A stretch of 63,275 nt of DNA, filler included, from Octopus bimaculoides (GCF_001194135.2; 6 parts of 5 records of this genome joined end to end with filler, not necessarily neighbours in it); one strand, 5' to 3'. Positions 39,126 to 52,817 are shown, counted from the first letter of the whole stretch. A program made the numbers and translations. The notes: generated by a model from the letters alone, not told the origin.

Positions 39126-39402
39126 TATATTTAGGAATTTAAGGATTGGAGAAAACGCATGTTATAATTGCATACTTTATTCCTACATATGTTTCAAAGG
39201 ATTACAACCTGTGTGATCCATAGGGATCTTTGATATTAAAATTGTAACCTTCTCATCAGGGAAAGCATGGGAATCTAAGGTTACAATTTTAATATCAAAG
39301 ATCCCTATGGATCACACAGGTTGTAATCCTTTGAAACATATGTAGGAATAAAGTATGCAATTATAACATGCGTTTTCTCCAATCCTTAAATTCTTAAATA
39401 TA
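39126..39402. repeat. Near-perfect foldback: 126-bp inverted arms (39126-39251 / 39277-39402), 1 mismatch, 25-bp spacer
   Basis: Base-by-base comparison shows one mismatch, G39134 opposite T39394. The spacer is CTCATCAGGGAAAGCATGGGAATCT. Confidence 0.97.
39171..39269 (-). ncRNA. Minimal type I hammerhead ribozyme (Penelope pLTR type), predicted cleavage after GUA between 39184 and 39183
   Basis: Minus strand: CAUGCU-UUCC | CUGAUGA (39259-39253) | GAAGGUUACAA ... UUGUAA-U-CCUUU | GAAA (39195-39192) | C-AUAU-G | UA | GGAA-uaa-AGUAUG. Helices I, II and III all pair by hand; helix III is the palindrome ACAUAUGU. Confidence 0.8.
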
Positions 39403-40029
39403 CTCAAATACCCAAAATTTCAAGGAGTTCCTGCCTTAAAAACAGGAACTAACCACAGTTATTTTGTGTTCTTTGCTACATTGGTTTCTATTAACCCATT
39501 TATTCTATCCGAAGAATTTTTATTCATTAAGATAGAAGAAATACACATAATTATATATATATACACACAAATTAATAACAGTAATTCTATGATGGAATTT
39601 ATAAACATTTAATGCATTGCTATGCTCATTTCAGCAAATCCCAGTCTGTATTTTTGAGATGATTATGGAGCAGGTAGGCCATCTTCTTCATGGATTCATT
39701 TCTTCAGGCGATATAACATTAGTGGATGTTTTCTAGAGGGATATTTATCCCTTTTGACCATCGCAAACCTTTGCACTGGTCAATAGGAATACTACATACT
39801 ACACTGTAATCATCCCAAGAAAACAAACTGTGATCTTAAGAAACGTGAAGTGCGCATGGCACAGTACATGAAATGCTTATAAATTCTATCCAAGGATTAG
39901 TATTATATTTATCCTGCATTATATCGGTACATCACAATGCAACCCCTGAAACTGGTTCCCCTGTCACCATCATTAGACAGTGGCCGGCATAATGGGAAAG
40001 GAGCTTTATTTTGCATATTCAAAATGCTT

Positions 40030-40273
40030 CATCATCATCATCATCATCATCATCGTTTAACGTCCGCTTTCCATGCTAGCATGGGTTGGACGATTTGACT
40101 GAGGACTGGTGAAACCGGATGGCAACACCAGGCTCCAGTCTGATTTGGCAGAGTTTCTACAGCTTGATGCCCTTCCTAACGCCACCCACTCAGAGAGTGT
40201 AGTGGGTGCTTTTACGTGTCACCCGCACGAAAACGGCCACGCTCGAAATGGTGTCTTTTATGTGCCACCCGCA
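40030..40273 (-). mobile_element. RTE-type 3' tail element ending in CCATGCTAGCATGG hairpin and (GAT)n tail
   Basis: The plus strand reads (CAT)n-CGTTTAACGTCCGCTTTCCATGCTAGCATGGGTTGG. Related fragments occur at about 36652-36690 and 34636-34697. Confidence 0.7.
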
Positions 40274-40373
40274 NNNNNNNNNNNNNNNNNNNNNNNNNNN
40301 NNNNNNNNNNNNNNNNNTTAATTAATTAANNNNNNNNNNNNNNNNNNNNNNNNNNNNNNNNNNNNNNNNNNNN
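40274..40373. other. Artificial scaffold joint N44-TTAATTAATTAA-N44
   Basis: 12-mer at 40318-40329. Confidence 0.97.
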
Positions 40374-41414
40374 TATATATATGTATGTACGTGTGTGTGT
40401 GTGTATGTGTGTGTGTGTGTGAGTGTGTATGTATGTATGTATGTATGTATGTATGTATGTATACGAATGGGTGTATGTGCATTTGTGCGTATTATAGTCC
40501 TTACTGTTGTTGAAATATAATCTAAAGCCTGTAGTTTATGGTTCATGCACGGAGTTATGGATACAAAATCTCCCTGTCCGTTCTCTTTTAACTTGTCTTT
40601 CAACTACCGTTTGTAGAGTATATTAATGAACATATATTAATTTACATATTTGCGGTATTAAGTGCCACATTTACTAGATCATATATTTCGTAAGCACGCC
40701 ACAACGAGAATCAGAATCCCTGAAGCAAATGTAAATATTAATAATGTATTTCTGTCCCTGAAATAAGAATATTCACACATTCATTGTCAGCATTCTCATG
40801 CCTTATATGTGCAGAAAAAGAACTTTTGCATTTCCTGAAGAATCATTTCACGGTTTACCGAGCGCTCCACTCACAAAACTTACAGATTACTTCCTTAATG
40901 CATAGCGTAGGTTATTCCGCTGTTCTTCTATGAAGCGGAAATAAATTATGCTAGTGAATAGATTAACGCTTAACAGGAGTACTTAACTAAATGTTTTTTT
41001 TTTACTATTTGTAGTAAGAATTTTTTCGGATGTTACTATCCTATAGTGTCCAACATTTATCAATAAGTANNNNNNNNNNNNNNNNNNNNNNNNNNNNNNN
41101 NNNNNNNNNNNNNNNNNNNNNNNNNNNNNNNNNNNNNNNNNNNNNNNNNNNNNNNNNNNNNNNNNNNNNNNNNNNNNNNNNNNNNNNNNNNNNNNNNNNN
41201 NNNNNNNNNNNNNNNNNNNNNNNNNNNNNNNNNNNNNNNNNNNNNNNNNNNNNNNNNNNNNNNNNNNNNNNNNNNNNNNNNNNNNNNNNNNNNNNNNNNN
41301 NNNNNNNNNNNNNNNNNNNNNNNNNNNNNNNNNNNNNNNNNNNNNNNNNNNNNNNNNNNNNNNNNNNNNNNNNNNNNNNNNNNNNNNNNNNNNNNNNNNN
41401 NNNNNNNNNNNNNN

Positions 41415-41498
<84 letters not shown>

Positions 41499-41546
41499 CT
41501 CTGTTCGATTGTGGATGCCTCATAGGTGGGTAGTATTAATTCTGAA

Positions 41547-44186
41547 GGAATAGATTGAGTACAAATAATTGATGGTCTAAGCAGGAGCAGCCAAAGGAGA
41601 AGTAGAAGTGGGAAAAGAAGAAGAAATAGAAGGGGGAGCGGGAGGGGGAGGAGAAAGAGAAGATGAAAGAGGAAGAGAAGTAGTAGTATGAAAAGAAGGG
41701 AGAGAAGGGGAAACCAAAAGTAATAAAGATCATCAATCTAACCCACAAAGAACAAACAGCAGACCAAATCAACATACTCTCCAAAGGACTAACATTTACA
41801 CCCACCCTCAACGCCCCAACTACAACGAAATGAAAGAAAAGGTTGCAAAAATTCTGTAGAAAATTACAACTGGCCGAGGAAATATACGACAAATACCACG
41901 AATCGTTAGTCCGGAATAAAAGTAAATACACCCCATCAAAATGTAACAACAAGATTCTTGACCATTTCTGTGAATACATCACGAATTACCCATATCAACA
42001 TATACACAAACAAAAATACAAACCGAACGTCAGCAAAAACAGAGAATCGGCTGAGCTGAACAGATGAAAGGATGATAAAACAATCACAATAAAAGAGGCT
42101 GACAAAGGGATTGCAGTAGTCGTAATGGACACGTTATATTATATATCCATATTAGAAGACACAACATAGAAGATACACTAGAGTCAGCAGAAAATGACGA
42201 GAAACCTAATAACAATATTAAACCTATATAGAGTAGGGCTCCGCGACAAGGAATAAGACTATATGACTAACTTCAATAGTAAATCCAGTCAATTCTACGA
42301 TATTCCCAAGATACACTAAAGTATAAAAATAAGTAACGCATCCAGGGGAGCCACAGACATAATATTCAAGGTACCTATCGTAATGACCTCAAATTAAGAC
42401 CCATAATAGCAGGCCTCGCATGCGAAACTCACCGCTTCATTGACTTTTTAGACACCCCCTTAAAGCCATTCTTGAAGCATATCAAAAGGTACATAACGAA
42501 TCTCCCTGAAACAATAAATAAAAACACCCTACTAGTATCATTTGATGTAGTCAACCTCTATTCCAATATCCTTCACAGCCTAGGAATAGAGCCAATCCAA
42601 TTTTGGCTTGAGAATTACTCCAATGAACTGCCATACCGCATCAACAAATAATTCGTAGTAGAAGAGCTAAAATTCATTTTATAGAATAATTTCGTCGTAT
42701 TTAGCGACAACTTCTATCGACCGTTATATGGGGAACTGCGACGGGCACGTAAATGGCCCCCGCCTTTGCTAACCTATTCATGGGATACCTAGAAATCAAT
42801 CTCTATCGTAAGGTACTAGAAAAATACGGAAACCCATTATCCCAGTACACAGAAAATAATTGGAAAAGATATCTAGATGACTGTTTCATTCTTTGGCACG
42901 AAAGTATAGAGGGACTTAAAGAACGTCAAGCACTTCTGAATGGACTTCACATAAACATTCAATTTATGGTGGGATATAGCCACGAATTTCTTCCATTCCT
43001 CGACATCCTCATTAAGAAATGCAACAACAAAATAGAAATAGACATCAACTATAAGTCCATCGACTCAAATCATTATCTGCCATTCAACGGTTGCCAGTCC
43101 GAAGACACTAGAATGAATATCCCCTACAACCTCACAAAAAATGTTTTGTAGTATTGTATATGATACAAGCGCCAGGAAACACGACTACATTAGCTGAAAG
43201 AATACACTCATTAGCAGGAACTAATTGATATAGGCTTTCGAATTGCCCTACAACTCAACATCCACGAACTCAGACATCCAGACTAAAGAAGGATATACAA
43301 CCAAAAGCCCTAACATACATATCCACGCACAATCAACTAAAAAATTAGGCCTTCAGCACCATCGTCCAGAACATCCCTTTACTAAAAAGGGACCATAGAA
43401 TGGATCAAATCCTGTAAACGCACACCATCATAAAGAACAGAAGACATCCCAAGTCAGTGAAAAGTCTTCTAACACAGGCCCAAGTACACTCGTCAACAAC
43501 ATCGAAACTGACAGTAAAAAGATTACAGACGACCTAACTGTGGTATATCTGTCAACCTAATTGAAGGATCGGAGTCCCCCTTCAAACAGGGTCAAAGTTT
43601 TCCAGTGAAAAAACAACTTCACATATGCTTCGAAAAACCTAATATATGTATTCACTTGCTCAGGGTTTCGAGAACAATATATTCGTCAAACTAAAAACAG
43701 TCTATGCCATAGAAAGAGAGTACATAGATCCCAGATTAAAATACGCGAGTACAAAAAAATAGACTAAGCGAGCACATCGACATTTCCGCCACTAAAGAAT
43801 ACACCAATTTTAGATAAATTTAGGAACTATAATCAGCTCATGAGCAAAGAAGCATATTCTATCGCGAAATATGAACCTATTTTGAATGCTGCCACGACAA
43901 GAATTTAGAACAATTCAAATCACTACAGGTGACTTTTAGTCCATTTGACCATTAAAGATTCCACGAACAATTTACTGTGTCGTAGCACTCCTGTGCTTTT
44001 CTTTTCCTTTCCTTCCTTTCTCGTTCTCCCTCTTCTTTCCCTACTTCTACTCCTCTTCCTCCTTCACATTCTCTTTCTCCTCTTCTCCCTTTTCTTTCTT
44101 CTTCTTTTTTTTCTTCTTCTTCTCCTCCTCCGCCTCCTTCGGCTGCTCCTGCTTAAACCATCAATTCTCTGTACCCAAACTATTCC
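41547..44186 (+). mobile_element. Penelope-like retroelement (RT + GIY-YIG endonuclease), near full-length pseudogene with inverted terminal copy
   Basis: IINLTHKEQTADQINILSKGLTFTPT, IKEADKGIAVVVMD, FYDIPKIH, LRPIIAG, LLVSFDVVNLYSNI, GT*MAPAFANLFMGYLE, WKRYLDDCF (YLDD 42870-42881), PFLDI and NLIYVFTCSGFREQYIRQT (about 43636-43692), with many stops and frameshifts. Confidence 0.93.
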
Positions 44187-45462
44187 CAGACTACAAGATA
44201 TTCACAGACTATCCGAAGACTATGGAAATATTTACAAAACATTTCACNNNNNNNNNNNNNNNNNNNNNNNNNNNNNNNNNNNNNNNNNNNNNNNNNNNNN
44301 NNNNNNNNNNNNNNNNNNNNNNNNNNNNNNNNNNNNNNNNNNNNNNNNNNNNNNNNNNNNNNNNNNNNNNNNNNNNNNNNNNNNNNNNNNNNNNNNNNNN
44401 NNNNNNNNNNNNNNNNNNNNNNNNNNNNNNNNNNNNNNNNNNNNNNNNNNNNNNNNNNNNNNNNNNNNNNNNNNNNNNNNNNNNNNNNNNNNNNNNNNNN
44501 NNNNNNNNNNNNNNNNNNNNNNNNNNNNNNNNNNNNNNNNNNNNNNNNNNNNNNNNNNNNNNNNNNNNNNNNNNNNNNNNNNNNNNNNNNNNNNNNNNNN
44601 NNNNNNNNNNNNNNNNNNNNNNNNNNNNNNNNNNNNNNNNNNNNNNNNNNNNNNNNNNNNNNNNNNNNNNNNNNNNNNNNNNNNNNNNNNNNNNNNNNNN
44701 NATATATATATATATATATATATATACATACATACATATATATGTATATATTTCTTTACATCATGTATTTGTGTACGTACATCGATAACGATGCCTGTAT
44801 GTGAGTAAACGAATATCTGATGATAGAATGTATATCATTTGTATATGTAGTTATGTAGCACGCTGCTCCTGGAAAGTAATTTGGATGAGTAATGCAAAAC
44901 AACCAGAAACATTTATCGGGTTACAAAGAATACGAAAGATAAAGATTCTACTGTGCTTATCAATCAGTGATTCGCCATCATCTTGAATTATATTAATTGA
45001 AATGATTGGGCTACTTTAGGAGTATGTTTTGGCTTACTTTGTTTTGAATTTTGCAAATCCACTCACGAAATGTCGTTGGAGGTATTGATGTCATGCTGAT
45101 GCGGTCGGATAATGTAGAAACATATCGATAGCGCTCACGTTGATGTCTAACACACACGAGAGATTACCCACTCATCATGAAAAACAAAATTCTTTCTAAA
45201 TTTCTTACAATTATTTCCCTTTGTCTAAGGGATAAAAGACACATGCAGTTATTTGTTTTTCTTTACAAATATTCCATTCATAGAGAACTCTCTGTCCTTA
45301 TCATTCAGTATAACAACACCTAGTGGCATCACATACGCAAATGACTAATCTAACAGTCTAAAAGTTTGTCGCAACACAGTCTAAAGCGAAATCACTTTGT
45401 ATATTTGCAGACCTAGCTACCGTACTTCCTTTGTTATGTGACGACTATCTTGTGGTGCGTCC

Positions 45463-45521
<59 letters not shown>

Positions 45522-45554
45522 AACACACACATACACACACACACACACACACAT

Positions 45555-45606
<52 letters not shown>

Positions 45607-46179
45607 AGGACCGTATATACATGTGTCTGTATAAAGAGAACAACATACCTTTTTCTATCTCACACAAACGTTGATAGAAATACGGTGATGTTCGTACAAT
45701 TGCAGGAGGAACTAAAACATAAAACCATGCCTGATTACATTGAGTGAATACAAGAATGAAGAAATAAGTGAATGAATGAGTGAATGAATCGTTGAATGAA
45801 ACGATAGATTAGCAATAGTCGTCTTTTGTCAAAGTTGAAACTTAATTACCGTTGTAAAACTGCAAACATTTTAAGCGTGGAACGTTTAAGATAAGTTGTT
45901 AGGTGTTGTTATGATTCATTGCTTCTTTGTACTTGCTGATGTCGTTGTTTTGTTGTTTATGTTGTTTTTGTCGATTTACTGTCTATTTTTATCGGTTGTC
46001 TTTTGTTTGCTCTGCTGCATTTCCTCTCGTCTTTGCATGTCATATAAGCGCACCAGTTACTTTCTCCGCGACAGTCAAAGACAGGGAAACGAAAGGGAAA
46101 CATCATGGATATTGATTATTACTGCTTTACCCGTAAATACACATACATACACACACATATACACATATACACATATGTA

Positions 46180-46238
<59 letters not shown>

Positions 46239-46590
46239 GCAATGTTAATTCTCTCTATATATATATATATGTATGTCTGTGTGTATGTGTGCAATGTTGC
46301 GTTGTCGTTGAATGCAAAGCAAAACAAAGCAGATATAAAGGAAGAACAAAAGCTGAGTTGAGTCTGTATCAGAAACTTTTAACTTTTAATTATTTATTTC
46401 TTCATTTGTAATCAAGATAGAATTTCAATCCTATTTAACTCGGCTCCATATTTGCTCTGTCATTTATTGCTTTTTCTCCTATTTTTCTCTACCTCTCGTT
46501 TCATCCCTTCTTCCCTCCATCCAACCATCCATCCATCCATCTCTATCTCACTTTCTCTCTCGCTTTCTCTTTCAATCACTCTCCCTCGCC

Positions 46591-46622
<32 letters not shown>

Positions 46623-47665
46623 GTCTCTCTCTCTCTCTCTCTCGGTTTTATGTTAAGGGCAGTGACGCTTGGTTAAATTGCTTTTTATTTTCTTTATTTC
46701 ATTATGTTCTGATTCTTAATTTTTCCTTTCTTAAATCTGTTATTCTTCTTGTTTTGCGTGGGATATAGCATTTTTATGTTGATTTTACTTTTTAGCAATC
46801 ATGTCCTGGATGACAAATCCATGTTATCTTGAAATTGTAATTTTCTTATTTATTGCTTTATATTTTTTAAAATTTATTTTGATAAATGTATTTCTTTAAT
46901 TCTGTTCTTTACATTTTAAGTTTTATAGTCACACATACAGCTTTTGTTTGAAGTCATCTCAATAAACATCGTTGCTATGAATATTCATACCCAGCTTTTC
47001 AAAATAAATATTATGTATTTACTTTAATTATTTATTCGCTCATTTATTTNNNNNNNNNNNNNNNNNNNNNNNNNNNNNNNNNNNNNNNNNNNNNNNNNNN
47101 NNNNNNNNNNNNNNNNNNNNNNNNNNNNNNNNNNNNNNNNNNNNNNNNNNNNNNNNNNNNNNNNNNNNNNNNNNNNNNNNNNNNNNNNNNNNNNNNNNNN
47201 NNNNNNNNNNNNNNNNNNNNNNNNNNNNNNNNNNNNNNNNNNNNNNNNNNNNNNNNNNNNNNNNNNNNNNNNNNNNNNNNNNNNNNNNNNNNNNNNNNNN
47301 NNNNNNNNNNNNNNNNNNNNNNNNNNNNNNNNNNNNNNNNNNNNNNNNNNNNNNNNNNNNNNNNNNNNNNNNNNNNNNNNNNNNNNTATATACATTCACA
47401 CATATAATCAATCTTTCTTTTAATTTGCAATAAGTTTGAAAAGTCTGTTTGAATTCAATAATTGGAAGAATAATAATAGTAATAATAATAATAAAAAGAA
47501 GAACAGACAACAACATCAGCAACAACAACAATTATTGCAGTTACAACCGAAGGTATGTTATTAAACGGATTACAGAAAGACATTGTTTACTAGTAGCACA
47601 TTGAGAAGGTAATATCTGTAGACAAGTGATGAAAAAAGGATAAGGCAGAGGAAGGAGCAAATTGT

Positions 47666-47726
<61 letters not shown>

Positions 47727-48253
47727 GATAGAGTAGAGTGCATTGCGTATACAGGGATGTTACGGGTACAACATACAATGATACAGTAGAGATGCTTTAT
47801 AAAAAGAAAGAAGATATTTAATCCTCACTATGTTCAATGCTTATTTGAATTGTTTTGTTGATAATTTTTCTTCAATATTACTTTTACTATTTATGCATGT
47901 GTGCTGTGCTTTTCATTCGTGATTTCATGTCAGAGAATAGAAATAAAAACTATATACATATATATAAAAGATATGGTAGGAACTTACAGAAACATTCAAA
48001 CACAAATATAAAATGCTAGAACACGAAAGAATAAGACAAAGAAAGGACCGACAAAAAAGCGGTGAGAGCTATGATGGTGAAAGATGAAGAGAACGAAAAG
48101 CAAATCAAAACGCAAATTTATAAAACGGAAAGGAAATTTGGTCTTAAAAGAAATTGTTCTGAACAATTAATTTAATTTTTCTGTATGTGTGTGTGTATGT
48201 GTGTATATGTGTGTGTCAGTGTGCATATATATATATATATATATGTATGTATG

Positions 48254-48310
<57 letters not shown>

Positions 48311-49522
48311 ATATATCTGCTGGCTCCTATGCACACACATACACACAAACATACATCTTGATTTTCGAACGTTGTTTCTTGCGGGGTCGTTGTCTCATTT
48401 TAATCTGTTCCACTTTTGATGTGTTTGTCTTTGTTTTTATAGTTATTCAATGCAGCTTACCTGGTAATGCAAATTAAATCATCTTATTTAAATTCCTCCT
48501 GTTAGTAAAATTTGTTGGGCTTCGCAACGAATGGAACGTTTTAAAGTCGCGCTAGTTCCTTGTCACAAAAGAATTAATTCTATCCTTCATCACAATATAG
48601 CAGAAACAGATAAATGTTAGTCAGGCCATGGTAAAAAAAAAAAAAACTAATAATAAAATAAACATACATAATTAATCGGTAAGAGAATCCATAAAGGTAA
48701 CGTTATGATGTATCACACTTTCCGTTCAAAATTAAATGTTGTTTGTTTAGAACATATTCTTTGGTTACGGTTACGCTGCTATTTTCCCCGTTACTCTGTA
48801 TCAGTTAACAGTGGTGGCAATTGTTTATTTTATTGTTTTTTTCCCACTGTCTTTATCGTCCACGCTGAATTGTTCTTTACGCAAAATGCTTCTTTCGCAT
48901 AAAATTTCACCGTTTGTGACAAAACGCCAGATTGAATGCAAATCGATTTAAATAAGCACCAAGTTCACTTTACGAGAGTGAAATGCTAAATTATATACCC
49001 TCAGCCTTTAATATTTTACAAACTCTTTGAATTCGACTTTATATGTATAGTCTTCGGCTTACACATTAAATTGAGAAATGCAGGTATGCTCAAATCCCTA
49101 AGAATAAATGGTAGAAAACTACTTATAGTACGCTACACATATATATCTTATTCATGTTTTTTTTTATCTGTCTTACTACACCACCGTCCAGCTCAATAAA
49201 ATCTAGCTATAAACGCTTCTACGGTATTAGCGTCTTTTGATGTTGTCCTTGGCTTGCCCCGACTTAGTCCTGATTCATGATACTAACAAAAATGTGACTA
49301 GCGTCATATTTAAACACAGACTAGGTTATGATTTGATAGTGATTCTGCTACTGTTTCTAGTATGTCGGGCGATTATACACAGCGCTAGTATTGTCATCAT
49401 TAGAACATGTAATCTACTTTTGTCAGTTCAAACGTAAGCCGTTTGAAACAACATCTTGTAAAATTTGTAGAGAATATGAAAATTAGCCATGCTGCAGTTC
49501 TCTAGCGATATGTGACTACAAA

Positions 49523-49599
<77 letters not shown>

Positions 49600-50437
49600 T
49601 TCAACCACGGTGTCAATCGCAGCAGCTTCCAAGCTTTAAAACTAATTCAGTTCTCAACTAAATTGCAAACTGTTAATAGTTTTAAAAAGGATACCTCCTT
49701 AGCTACACTATGGCATAAATAGTTTGAGTCTTGGTTCAGTAGAAAAAAATTACATCAAAATNNNNNNNNNNNNNNNNNNNNNNNNNNNNNNNNNNNNNNN
49801 NNNNNNNNNNNNNNNNNNNNNNNNNNNNNNNNNNNNNNNNNNNNNNNNNNNNNNNNNNNNNNNNNNNNNNNNNNNNNNNNNNNNNNNNNNNNNNNNNNNN
49901 NNNNNNNNNNNNNNNNNNNNNNNNNNNNNNNNNNNNNNNNNNNNNNNNNNNNNNNNNNNNNNNNNNNNNNNNNNNNNNNNNNNNNNNNNNNNNNNNNNNN
50001 NNNNNNNNNNNNNNNNNNNNNNNNNNNNNNNNNNNNNNNNNNNNNNNNNNNNNNNATATATATTACATGGGAAAATGCGAGCATGAAAAGTAACATTCTT
50101 AAGATTATAAACCTGGAAAAGTTCAGAACAAGCTATTACTTGTAGTAAGTAAAGAATAAGATAGTTTTTACTTAAACGATTGCAGCAAAGAATGCCAGTT
50201 CTAATTTATCACTCTTTACAGTTCTCATCTTTTAGATTTATTGTACAAAACTGTTCAGCTAATTTGTAAGTTTGTCTAATTCGTCACTTTTTTCAGTATT
50301 TAAGGTAGTAAATAAGCCAATTTATACTTAAATAAGTATAGTGTTATTTGTAAACTTTAATAAAATAAATTTTAATATTCAAATTTTAATTTTAGCTGAA
50401 ACATTCTAAGTGAAAACGTTCTTATTCTTTACTAGAA

Positions 50438-50495
50438 GTAATAGCTTGTCCTATACTTTTACAGGTGTAATAACTTGCCCTGTACTTTTACAGAT
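50438..50495. repeat. 29-bp tandem duplication (GTAATA.CTTG.CCT.TACTTTTACAG.T x2)
   Basis: Units 50438-50466 and 50467-50495. Confidence 0.8.
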
Positions 50496-51520
50496 TTATA
50501 ATCTTAAGAATATTACTTTACATGCTCTCATTTTCCCATGTAGTCCATGATTTTTCTAGGCATTGCTATTATAAGGTAATTAATAATGTGTCAATTAATA
50601 ATTTAAGATTTTACCCTATAAAATACTGAAAGATAATATTTCAAATTTTCCATGTAAGTGATAATACTTTTTCAATTTTTTTCATGTTTAATTCAAATAT
50701 ATGTTGTTATTGAATTATTTGATTTTACCCATCCACACCAAATTAATGGCAAGGATTTTTACCATGTTGGTTGCACCATGGCTCACCAAAAGTTCCAAAC
50801 AACAAGACCCAAAACCATCAGTTACAGGCTCATCTTAAGTAAGCTAATTTTGCAATATTAGGAGGTTAAAGGAATTCATTCAAAGAAAAAAAAAATTCCA
50901 GTGATTCCGGGATTGGTGTAGGGGAAACTCCACCTCATTTGTACCAAACCAAGATAAGGAATATTAGGAGGTCAGGGTACTTGATTCCACGCAAAAAATC
51001 AATCTTTTTTTCTTAGTGAAAATTGTGTGGGTGTTATTATACAAATTTCCCATAATGTTATTTAGCCTCTAATCAACCCTGATACTGCAAACCTATCATC
51101 AAGGACATTCCAGCCTTCAGTAAACCGTCTTTTTAGGGATGATCTAGGACATTACATACAATGGGCATGTAATTTATGTAAAAGGGATACTTTTGCTGCT
51201 ATTTTTAGCGCGTCGAGCGACCAAGTAGAGGCTCTTTCATTGGTTCGATTGCGTGATGAGATTTTTTATACAAATGTGTAATATGTATATATATATCATC
51301 GGCAGAAGTTAGAGAGTAAGTCAAAAGCTGAGAGTTTCGTGTATTGGCACTTATCAAACACGAATTTGTCCATTGTCACTCTGTAACTTCTGATGAAATA
51401 ACTTCTAAAATACAACATTTTGTCAAAAACGTTAAGAATAAACCCTGTTCTATGTGACACATTCTACAAGTATCGGAAATGTGAAAGTGTTTAGTTAAAA
51501 CAAATTACTTGAATAATTTG

Positions 51521-51627
51521 AACGTCAAAGTCGACCTCGGCGAAATTTGAACTCAAAACGTGAGGACAGACGAAATGCAGTTAAACATGCCACCCGACGC
51601 CTTAACGTTTCTGCTAACTCGCCACCT
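51521..51627 (-). mobile_element. SINE family A head
   Basis: AAAGTCGACCTCGGCGAAATTTGAACTC...TAACGTTTCTGCTAACTCGCC, the reverse complement of a B box and A box. Confidence 0.8.
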
Positions 51628-52518
51628 TAAAAAAAAGCAAGCATTCATTTTAGAAATATATTCTTTTTTTCTTATTGCTTAGGCGTTCCTCCCGTATTTC
51701 CTTAGTCGGTGACGTAAATTTCGTAACATTTTACTTCATAACAGTTTTTTACTAATAATTTTTGTTCAATGCAACTAACGATTCTGAATTTCTCTTGCTT
51801 TTAAGCCTAAGAAATGTATACTTTTAATTTAAAATTAAGAAATTTATGTTAATTGAAGATGAATATTTGCCTTACTGTCTCCCTTGAGGTCGCAGATATT
51901 TTGATGTAATTTTTTTCTACTGAACCAAGACTCAAACTATTTATGCCGTAACTTTTTTTTTAATTTTCTGCGATTACATATCCCGCCGAGGAAAACCTAT
52001 CTTCTTCTTTTTGGAACTATTAAAACTGAGCAGATTCAGAACATACAAATGACCGTCGTAGTAAAAGCAAATCAAGATGCCTTGCGCTCTTTGACCACTA
52101 CTTTCTGGCTTTTGCGCTCTCGCACTAAAACCTGCATCAACAACATCAGTAGTAAGAAGAGAGGAGACTTTTACGTCATGGCAACGGTCAGACGTCTTCA
52201 GTACTTGATACACTGGCGGGCGCCAAACATGTGCGCGCATAGTAACGTTTGACCTCTTAAGGAAAAGAGAATCACATACATGGCAGTCATTTTTGCAAAT
52301 TTAAACACAACCACACTCTCGAGCAAACCTCCTAAAAACTACTTTTACATACACACCTCGCACATATATCTGTGTGCGTATGTGTGTATGTATGCATGTA
52401 CGTACGAATGTATGCATTTATGTATATATATGTATGCATGTATGTATCTATGCATGCTTCTGTTAGACTGCTGGCTGGTTGCGATATATCTCTGTATAGA
52501 CACAGAACTTATATATAT

Positions 52519-52618
52519 NNNNNNNNNNNNNNNNNNNNNNNNNNNNNNNNNNNNNNNNNNNNTTAATTAATTAANNNNNNNNNNNNNNNNNNNNNNNNNN
52601 NNNNNNNNNNNNNNNNNN
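52519..52618. other. Artificial scaffold joint N44-TTAATTAATTAA-N44
   Basis: 12-mer at 52563-52574. Confidence 0.97.
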
Positions 52619-52671
52619 CTCCTCTTTCTTGGTTTTCTTTCCTTTCTTTTCTTCCTACACACGTCTTTCTG

Positions 52672-52760
<89 letters not shown>

Positions 52761-52783
52761 TACATATATATATGTAGTGTGTA

Positions 52784-52817
<34 letters not shown>

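Noticed and set aside
46078-46115. VKDRETKGKHHGY, resembling an RRM loop before RNP1
   Set aside because: A stop follows immediately with no donor site, and it lies across a synthetic joint from the RRM exon.
52072-52200. Minus-strand terminal-exon-like VLVRERKSQKVVVKERKAS* and a nearby CTGAAGA-CGTC...GACG-TAAA motif
   Set aside because: The peptide has no recognisable family, and the hammerhead-like motif lacks G12, helix III and helix I.
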